NCBI GenBank assembly: GCA_963814545.1 | Contig: CAWFDC010000011.1 | Location: 208,928 to 272,927 of the forward strand | Length of the DNA stretch: 64,000 nt | Origin: an uncultured Thermoleophilia bacterium | GTDB lineage: Bacteria > Actinomycetota > Thermoleophilia > UBA2241 | Direction of reading: 5' to 3' | In this document: positions 57,801-64,000 of the stretch, in pieces | How positions within the stretch are numbered: the stretch's first letter is position 1 | Layout: every line of letters begins with the position of its first letter | The notes under the pieces: generated by a model | The model's database searches: none | What the model saw: the letters and a program-made list of their open reading frames with translations, nothing else | Told to the model about the DNA's origin: nothing | Translations under genes and position numbers: made by a program

Positions 57801-58868
57801 GTGGCGGACGGGGATGGTCAGGTGACGACCAACGACGGCGAGGTCGACCGCAGCATCACCGCGACCGCGCTGCGCCGGGACTTCGGCAACCTGCGCGCCG
57901 TCGACGACGTCGACCTTCGCGTCGAGGGCGGCGCCGTCTTCGGGTTCCTCGGGCCCAACGGCGCCGGCAAGTCCACCGTCGTCAAGATGCTGACGACCAT
58001 ACTCCAGCCGACGGCGGGGCAGGCGCTGGTCGCCGGCTACGACGTCCAGCGCCAGGGTCACGAGGTCCGCTCGGCGATCGGCGTCGCGCTGCAGGAGGTC
58101 GGCCTCGACACGCTGATGACGGCGCGCGAGCTGCTCGTCCTGCAGGCGCGACTCTTCGGAGCCTCGGGGGCCGAGGCGCACCGCATCGCCGAGCGCCTCC
58201 TCGTGACCGTCGACCTGGCCGACGTCGAGGCCAAGAAGCGCGTCGGCGAGTACTCCGGCGGCATGAAGCGCCGGCTCGACCTCGCCCTGGCGCTGGTCCA
58301 CGACCCCCTCGTCCTCTTCCTCGACGAGCCCACCACCGGCCTGGACCCGGTGAGCAGAGTGGCCATCTGGGAGGAGGTCCGGCGGCTCAACCGCGAGCGC
58401 GGCATCACGGTCTTTCTCACCACGCAGTACCTCGAGGAGGCCGACCGCCTCGCCGACCGCCTCGCCATCATCGACCGCGGCAGGATCGTCGCCGAGGGGA
58501 CGCCGCGCGAGCTGAAACGCCGGGTCGGCGACGAGGTCGTCGAGCTGCAGTTCGGTGACGCGAGCGGAGCGGAGCGGGCCGCAGGCTTGCTCGCCGACCT
58601 GGCTCCACAGCGCCAGGTCTCGGGCGAAGAGGTACGCGTCTACGCCGCGGTCGCAGCCGAGCTCGTCCCGGCGCTGGTCCGCCGTGTCGACGATGCCGGC
58701 CTCGCCCTCCGCGGCCTCACCGTCGCTCAACCGACGCTCGACGATGTCTTCCTGCGCCTCACCGGCCGGCACGCCGAGACCGCCGGCGACGGCATCGACG
58801 GTGACGGCATCGACGGTGACGGCATCGAGGCCGACCCCGCCGGCACCGACGGGGCGGTGCCGCCGTGA
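57801..58868 (+). CDS. ABC transporter ATP-binding protein (ABC-2/DrrA-like exporter)
   Basis: Walker A GPNGAGKST, signature YSGGMKRRL and Walker B LFLDEPTTGLD. The C-terminal tail contains GDGIDGDGIDGDGIE encoded by three tandem 15-nt repeats. Confidence 0.85.
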   Translation: MADGDGQVTTNDGEVDRSITATALRRDFGNLRAVDDVDLRVEGGAVFGFLGPNGAGKSTVVKMLTTILQPTAGQALVAGYDVQRQGHEVRSAIGVALQEVGLDTLMTARELLVLQARLFGASGAEAHRIAERLLVTVDLADVEAKKRVGEYSGGMKRRLDLALALVHDPLVLFLDEPTTGLDPVSRVAIWEEVRRLNRERGITVFLTTQYLEEADRLADRLAIIDRGRIVAEGTPRELKRRVGDEVVELQFGDASGAERAAGLLADLAPQRQVSGEEVRVYAAVAAELVPALVRRVDDAGLALRGLTVAQPTLDDVFLRLTGRHAETAGDGIDGDGIDGDGIEADPAGTDGAVPP

Positions 58869-59626
58869 CCGACGTCTTCTTGCTGGTCCGGCGCTCGCTC
58901 ACCGGCACGCTGCGCGTTCCGGCGGCGATCATCCCGAGTATCGCGATCAGCGTCTTCTTCCTGTTCGTCTACAACAGCGGGCTCTCGTCGGTCGCCGAAC
59001 TCCCGGGCTTCCAAGGCTCGTACCTCGGCTTCATCCTGCCCGTATCGATCGTCTCGGCGGCGGTCAGCGGCGCCGGCATCGCCGGGCAGGCGCTGATCCG
59101 CGACATCGAGGCGGGCTACTTCACCAAGGTCCTGCTGACGCCCGCCTCGCGGCTGGCCATCGTGTGGGGCCCCATGGTCGCCAGCGCCATCCTGCTCGTG
59201 GCCCAGGTGCTCGCCATCCTGCTGCTGGGCCTGCTGCTCGGTCTCGAACCGGCCACCGGGTGGCTGGGCCTGCTCGCGGTCGTCGGCTACGCCTTCCTCT
59301 GGGGCATGGCCTTCGCCGGCTACGCCGCCTTCATGGCCCTGCGCACCAAGAACTCGGCCGCTACGCAAGCCGCGACGTTCGCGTTCTTCCCGCTCATCTT
59401 CCTCAGCGCGACCTTCGTGCCGCTCGAGTACATCGAGGCCGGCTGGCTGCGCGCTGCGGCCACCGTCAATCCGACGACCTACGTGTTCGATGCCATGCGC
59501 GCCCTGCTCAACGAGGGCTGGAGCGCACGACCGCTGCTGATCGGCCTCGCGGTGACGCTCGCCTTCGCCACGGCGACCGGCGCCCTCGCGCTCTGGGAGG
59601 CGCGCCGGGCGACGCGGTCGACGTAG
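58865..59626 (+). CDS. ABC-2 type transporter permease
   Basis: The 253-aa protein has six TM helices. Its ATG overlaps the ATPase stop. Confidence 0.8.
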   Translation: MTDVFLLVRRSLTGTLRVPAAIIPSIAISVFFLFVYNSGLSSVAELPGFQGSYLGFILPVSIVSAAVSGAGIAGQALIRDIEAGYFTKVLLTPASRLAIVWGPMVASAILLVAQVLAILLLGLLLGLEPATGWLGLLAVVGYAFLWGMAFAGYAAFMALRTKNSAATQAATFAFFPLIFLSATFVPLEYIEAGWLRAAATVNPTTYVFDAMRALLNEGWSARPLLIGLAVTLAFATATGALALWEARRATRST

Positions 59627-59729
59627 CGTCCGGGCGCCCTGGGGCGGGTGGCCTCGGCGTCGACCCGCCTGAATCCCGATCGCACAGCCGGCCAGGCACA
59701 CCCTCGGAGTCGCCATGTAGACTCGGGTC

Positions 59730-61037
59730 ATGGACGACGGCCCCTCGCGCTTCAGCCTGCGCGGCGCGCGCCTCGGCGTGCTGCGCCTGCCCAACTTCCG
59801 CAACCTGTTCGCCGCCCAGACCGTCTCGGTCATCGGCGACGGCATCACCCCCGTCGCGCTGACCTTCGCGGTGCTCGAGCTCACCGGGTCGGGGACCGAC
59901 CTCGGCCTCGTCCTCGCCGCCCAGAGCCTGCCGCTGGTGCTCCTCTCGCTGGTCGGCGGCGTGTGGGCCGACAGGCTCCGTCGCGAGCGCGTCATGATTG
60001 CCAGCGACCTCGTCCGGGCGGCCGTCCAACTCACCGCGGCCGCCCTGCTCCTGTCGGGCACCGCCCACATCTGGCAGCTCGCCCTGCTCGCCGCCTGTCA
60101 CGGGTCGGCCGAGGCCTTCTTCCGCCCGGCCGCGGGAGGTCTCATGCCGCAGATCGTCCCCGTTCCCAGGCTCCAGCAGGCCAACGCGTTGATGGGCATG
60201 AGCGACAACTTCGGGTGGTTCGTGGGCCCGATGTTCGCCGGTCTCCTGGTCGCCGCGTTCGGCACCGGCGGGGCGATCGCCGTCGACGGGGTGACCTTCC
60301 TCGTCAGCGCGGCTTTCCTCACCCGTCTCGCCGTGCCGGCCGTCGTGCGCGCCCGTGCGCCCGAGCGGTTCGCCAAGGAGCTCCACGACGGATGGCGCGA
60401 GGTGCGCTCGCGGACCTGGCTCTCGGTGATGCTGCTGCGGGCGATGCTCGTGCTCTGCGTCGTCATCGCCCCCTTCCAGGTGCTTGGGCCGATCGCCCTG
60501 CGCGACCAGGGCTACAGTCCGCTCGCCTGGGGCATCGTCTCGGGCGTCTTGAGCGGCGGCATGCTGCTCGGCGCAGGCGTCGCCCTCCGCTACCGGCCGC
60601 GGCGGCCGATGGTGACGGTGACGCTCACCGGCAGCCTCGCCGTCTTCGCGCCGCTGACGCTGGCCCTCGGCGGCGGCCCACTCGCCCTCGCCGTGGTGCA
60701 GGGTCTGCGCGGCATCGGGGTCGGCGTCCTCGTCGCCGTGTGGAACACGACGATCCAGTCCCAGGTGCCCCGCGAGGCACTCGGCCGCGTCACGGCCTGG
60801 GACTGGATGGCCTCGCTCGCCCTGTGGCCGGCCGGCCTGGCGGTCGCCGGCCCCGCCAGTGAGATCCTCGGCGTGACCGCGGCGAGCTGGCTCTCGGCCG
60901 GCCTCGGCGTCGTCGCCTCGCTCTGGGTGCTCCTCGTGCGCGACGTGTGGCGGCTCCGGCCGGCGGCCGCCCTGCGCCCGGCCGATCCCGAGCCGACTGC
61001 GGCGGGACCGCCCGGACGGGGCGCGGCGGAGGCCTGA
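59730..61037 (+). CDS. MFS transporter
   Basis: The 435-aa protein has about 12 TM helices and the MFS motif GGVWADRLRRERVM. Confidence 0.8.
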   Translation: MDDGPSRFSLRGARLGVLRLPNFRNLFAAQTVSVIGDGITPVALTFAVLELTGSGTDLGLVLAAQSLPLVLLSLVGGVWADRLRRERVMIASDLVRAAVQLTAAALLLSGTAHIWQLALLAACHGSAEAFFRPAAGGLMPQIVPVPRLQQANALMGMSDNFGWFVGPMFAGLLVAAFGTGGAIAVDGVTFLVSAAFLTRLAVPAVVRARAPERFAKELHDGWREVRSRTWLSVMLLRAMLVLCVVIAPFQVLGPIALRDQGYSPLAWGIVSGVLSGGMLLGAGVALRYRPRRPMVTVTLTGSLAVFAPLTLALGGGPLALAVVQGLRGIGVGVLVAVWNTTIQSQVPREALGRVTAWDWMASLALWPAGLAVAGPASEILGVTAASWLSAGLGVVASLWVLLVRDVWRLRPAAALRPADPEPTAAGPPGRGAAEA

Positions 61038-61406
61038 CCGGCGCCGGCCCAACCGGCGCCGGCTTAACCGCAGCCGGGCGGCACCTTCATCGTCCACTCA
61101 CATCGGTGCGCGACACTGGCGGCGTCATGAAGGACCGACGCCTCAAGCAGCGACAGCGACTCCGCCAGGCTTTTCTCGACGGCGGCGGCCGCGACGAGCT
61201 CGTGAGGGACGCGCGTGACACTCCCCCGCCAGCCGCGGGCATCCCCCAGTCCACAGGCCCGCGGCACATCCCTGCCGATGCCCTGAAGCCAGAGTGTCCC
61301 GATGACTCCCCCGACCAGCGCGCTCGTGCGGACCACGGCACCACTGCGGCCGCCGCCGCATCTCCGTCTCCTTCGAGGGTCCGGCTCGCGACACCGGGTC
61401 CCTCTT

Positions 61407-61449
61407 GCGCCGAAGGGCGCAGTCCGTGCCGGACTGCGCCCTTCGGCGC
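61407..61449. other. Long perfect inverted repeat GCGCCGAAGGGCGCAGTCC-gtgcc-GGACTGCGCCCTTCGGCGC
   Basis: The 19-bp arms lie in the 450-bp gap between the MFS gene and the zinc-ribbon ORF, about 45 nt upstream of its ATG. No U-tract follows, so this is a regulatory or structural hairpin rather than a classic terminator. Confidence 0.45.
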
Positions 61450-61491
61450 CCCCTCCCCCTACGGGCCGTGCCGGGCCAAGGATGATCCCTC

Positions 61492-61668
61492 ATGAGCGAG
61501 CACGTCGAGTTCGTCTGCTCCATCTGTGGCGAGGAGTTCGCGGTCGGCGACGACACGCTGCGCGACCCGACTCGCCTCCTGCTCTGCCCGTGCTGCGGGG
61601 CGACCGGGGTCGAGCCCTGGGACCCGTTCGGAGAACGGGCGCGCCCGGCGACCGGGCGCGCCGCCTGA
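61492..61668 (+). CDS. Small zinc-ribbon protein (58 aa, two CxxC pairs)
   Basis: MSEHVEFVCSICGEEFAVGDDTLRDPTRLLLCPCCGATGVEPWDPFGERARPATGRAA. The ATG follows AAGGATGA. It falls below the 60-aa cutoff of the ORF track. Confidence 0.5.
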   Translation: MSEHVEFVCSICGEEFAVGDDTLRDPTRLLLCPCCGATGVEPWDPFGERARPATGRAA

Positions 61669-61762
61669 GACGGGGACGCGCGCACCCGGGTTCCCCGCGG
61701 CGGCGCGGCGGCTGAGCGCCACGCGGCGTCGCGTCCCGGGGCGCCGCCCGGCCTCGCGCGGC

Positions 61763-62035
61763 TCAGTGCGCCGCCCGGCGGCCCCCGCCGGAGTAGGCGA
61801 GCACGTCCCCTGTGACGCCAAGCGCGAACCAGAGGATGCCGAAGCCCTCGAGACCGTCGTACCAGTTCGCCGCCACCATGTAGCCGAGCGTCGTCCACGG
61901 CAGCAGGAGGAAGCCGAGGAACGGCCAGATGAAGGTGTCGTAGGCCCGCTCGAGCCAGTCGCTGAAGATCCAGATGATGAACAGCGCGAAGCGCGGCCCG
62001 ATCAGGCCCAGCGCCAGAAGCGCACAGCACGGCAT
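61763..62035 (-). CDS. Small hypothetical membrane protein (90 aa, two or three TM)
   Basis: LLALGLIGPRFALFIIWIF...FLGFLLLPWTTLGYMVAANWYDGLEGFGILWFALGV. Confidence 0.5.
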   Translation of the reverse strand: MPCCALLALGLIGPRFALFIIWIFSDWLERAYDTFIWPFLGFLLLPWTTLGYMVAANWYDGLEGFGILWFALGVTGDVLAYSGGGRRAAH

Positions 62036-62178
62036 CGAGTACCTCCCCGGACGATCGGCGTCAGGTCGTCAACCTACCACGGCGCGCTCGCGTCGGCGTC
62101 GGGCGCCGTCGCGACGATGTCCGTCGACGGGCGTCGTGGCGACGACGTCGCGTGACCGACCCGTCGCCGGGGGGCGAC

Positions 62179-62952
62179 TCAGCCGGCCGCGGCTTCCGCC
62201 GGCCGGCCGGCCGAGCGCTCGGCCTGCCCGGGGAAGCGCAACGCCTTGTACCCGACGCCGCGCACGGTACGGATCGCACCGGGGCGGCCGAGCTTGCGTC
62301 GTACCTGGGCGATGTGGACGTCCACGGTCCGCGTCCCGCCCGGGAACTCCATGCCCCAGACGTCGGCGAGCAGGCGTTGTCGCGTCACGACCTGGCCGGC
62401 GCGCTCGGCCAGGTAGCGCAGCACCTCGAACTCGCGCGCCGTGAGCTCGACGTAGCGTCCGGCGACCACGACGTCATGCTCGGCCACGTGGATCTCGATG
62501 TCCTGAAGGACGAGGTCGCGCCGGGCACGGCCGCAGGTCCTGCGCAATACCGCGTCGACGCGTGCCACGACTTCGCGGGCGGTGAAGGGCGAGCGTACGT
62601 AGTCGTCCGCGCCCGCCTCCAGCCCGGCCACGCGCTCGGCCTCGTCGTCGAACGGGCTCACGACGATCACCGGCACGGTCGCCCGCGCCCTGATCGCGCG
62701 ACAGGCACCGATACCCGAGCTCTCCGTCAAGGCGAGGAGCACGAGGTCGTAGGGCCCGCGCAGGGCCGCGGCGACGCCCTCGTCGGCCCCCCGCACGCGC
62801 TCGGCGGAGAAGCCCTTCGCCCCCAGAGCTCGCGCCAGCGTCGCGGATGCGAGCGCACCGTCCTCGACGAGCAGCACGGCTCCGGCGCGCCCGGGATCAC
62901 GACCCTCTTCCGTTCGCTGGCTCCAGCGTCCAGGTCGTCCGGGAGCGACCAT
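62179..62952 (-). CDS. Atypical OmpR-family response regulator (orphan; phospho-acceptor Asp replaced)
   Basis: The receiver-like domain VLLVEDGALASATLARAL...YDLVLLALTESSGIGAC has Ala at the conserved phosphorylatable Asp position. The C-terminal winged helix is typical (LTAREFEVLRYLAERAGQVVTRQRLLADVWG...RTVDVHIAQVRRKLG). RBS GGGAGGAGG and a candidate promoter TTGACG-N17-TAGAGA lie upstream. Confidence 0.7.
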   Translation of the reverse strand: MVAPGRPGRWSQRTEEGRDPGRAGAVLLVEDGALASATLARALGAKGFSAERVRGADEGVAAALRGPYDLVLLALTESSGIGACRAIRARATVPVIVVSPFDDEAERVAGLEAGADDYVRSPFTAREVVARVDAVLRRTCGRARRDLVLQDIEIHVAEHDVVVAGRYVELTAREFEVLRYLAERAGQVVTRQRLLADVWGMEFPGGTRTVDVHIAQVRRKLGRPGAIRTVRGVGYKALRFPGQAERSAGRPAEAAAG

Positions 62953-63082
62953 GGGACCACCTCCTCCCGTGCACGTCTCTAGGACCGGTGTGGCCGGCGT
63001 CAATCGACGTGTTCCTTGCGTAAGGGCAGCGAAAACCGTTCACGCCCCCGTAGGCTCCACGCGGAGGGCTGGAGTGGTAATG

Positions 63083-63114
63083 AAGCCGGGGCCGCCCTGA
63101 GGCGGCCCCGGCTT
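63083..63114. terminator. GC-rich hairpin AAGCCGGGGCCGCC-ctga-GGCGGCCCCGGCTT, putative bidirectional terminator
   Basis: A 14-bp perfect stem is followed by TCTGCT on the top strand. It lies in the 400-bp gap between the msrB 3' end and the regulator promoter. Confidence 0.45.
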
Positions 63115-63351
63115 TCTGCTCGGCGGGCTCACACGGGCCGCACAGGAGGCCCGCTGACGGCCGGTGCTCGGTGGGGCCGCACCGACATTCGAGACCGGCC
63201 CGGCGATCTGGGGGGAGACCGCCGCCGCCTTCTCATGCCCCCCATTGCGGGGCGCATGAAGAGCTTGCCCGTTCGATATGAACGCGCCGTGAAGCGACGT
63301 TGCGTTTGGTCGAGAGCGGGTTAAGCCGCCGCTGGCCGGCCTGAGGCGCCG

Positions 63352-63894
63352 TCAGCCCTCTTCGTCGTCTTCGAACAGCGCCAGGTACTCCCCGCAGCCC
63401 TCACGCTCGAGGTCTTCGCGTGGTATGAAGCGAAGGGCGGCGGAGTTCATACAGTAGCGCTGTCTCGTCGGCGCGGGTCCGTCGCTGAAGACGTGGCCGA
63501 GATGCGAATCGGCGACGGCGCTGCGAACTTCGACTCGCGGGAGCACCAGCTTCCAGTCCCTCCGGGTGACGACGGCCGAGGGGTCGATGGGGCGGGTGAA
63601 GCTCGGCCACCCCGTCCCCGAGTCGTACTTGTCCTTCGAACTGAACAACGGTCGACCGGAGACGACGTCGACGTACAGGCCGTCGCGGTGCTCGTCCCAG
63701 TACTCGTTCTCGAAGGCCGGCTCGGTGCCCTCGCGCTGCGTCACCTCGAACTGGCGCCACGTGAGCCGGGCGCGGAGCTCGGTCTCGTCCTTGATGAAGG
63801 TGGTCGGCCCGGCGGGTCCTGCCCCGGCGCGGGTCGAGGGTGTGTCTTCGGTCACGGGTCCACTCCTTGATGGCACGGCAGGCGACACGTCCAT
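63352..63894 (-). CDS. msrB: Peptide-methionine (R)-S-oxide reductase MsrB
   Basis: [17 protein letters not shown] and RYCMNSAAL are MsrB signature motifs. The two CxxC zinc pairs are absent except a C-terminal C. The N-terminal extension makes the start uncertain. Confidence 0.8.
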   Translation of the reverse strand: MDVSPAVPSRSGPVTEDTPSTRAGAGPAGPTTFIKDETELRARLTWRQFEVTQREGTEPAFENEYWDEHRDGLYVDVVSGRPLFSSKDKYDSGTGWPSFTRPIDPSAVVTRRDWKLVLPRVEVRSAVADSHLGHVFSDGPAPTRQRYCMNSAALRFIPREDLEREGCGEYLALFEDDEEG

Positions 63895-64000
63895 GGTGCC
63901 CGGGCACCCGCGGCGGTACGCATCGGGCGCCGAGGGCGGCGGCGGCCGGGGCCCGATGGGGCGCGGCGGAGAACGAGCCGCACGCCTGCCCTGGAGGGGC

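Noticed and set aside
63016-63324. 102-aa + ORF in the regulator/msrB gap, and the idea of an SRP/tmRNA/RNase P gene there
   Set aside because: The ORF has no RBS and a junk-like translation. None of the conserved blocks of SRP RNA, tmRNA or RNase P RNA could be recognised. Only the hairpin is reported.

Overview
This is a 64-kb segment of a high-GC (about 72%) bacterial chromosome, Actinobacteria-like by codon usage and gene content. It is gene-dense on both strands and has no rRNA, tRNA, CRISPR array or recognisable transposon. All protein-family assignments rest on motif recognition in the translations, not on searches. Three blocks stand out.

- **Left end (1-14 kb):** a phosphate neighbourhood with pstS, a PhoR-like kinase and a PhoP-like regulator. 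It is followed by mntH, a divergent ArsR/SmtB regulator joined in frame to a truncated P-type ATPase remnant, two tandem paralogous secreted PHP-domain proteins with duplicated leaders and terminators, and a decayed phoA.
- **Middle (14-43 kb):** an aldehyde:ferredoxin oxidoreductase with a polyferredoxin, and a potDCBA-like ABC operon riddled with single-nucleotide frameshifts. Next comes a glycine reductase selenoprotein operon (grdE, grdB, a protein-C-like subunit, trxA, grdA) with two in-frame UGA selenocysteine codons and downstream hairpins, beside a threonine aldolase. Then follow a GntR/FadR-type regulator with a solute-binding protein, a polyamine or amino-acid catabolic block, and a LarA-like / enolase / glycerate-kinase cluster.
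- **Right end (43-64 kb):** tandem rubrerythrins, fragments of a DUF2207 membrane protein, M24 and M20 peptidases, ABC and MFS exporters, a short zinc-ribbon ORF missed by the ORF track, an orphan OmpR-type regulator lacking its phospho-acceptor Asp, and msrB.

The most striking non-coding signal is a 14-bp palindrome, GACTGTCGACAGTC, present with variants in at least eight promoter regions. These lie in front of both PHP genes, potD, grdE, ltaE, the gntR/aminotransferase divergon, the decarboxylase and the larA-like gene, and suggest one regulon. About 30 single-nucleotide indels interrupt otherwise well-conserved ORFs, concentrated in a few operons. This is either real pseudogenisation or an unpolished long-read assembly. 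Exact start coordinates I derived by hand may be off by one.
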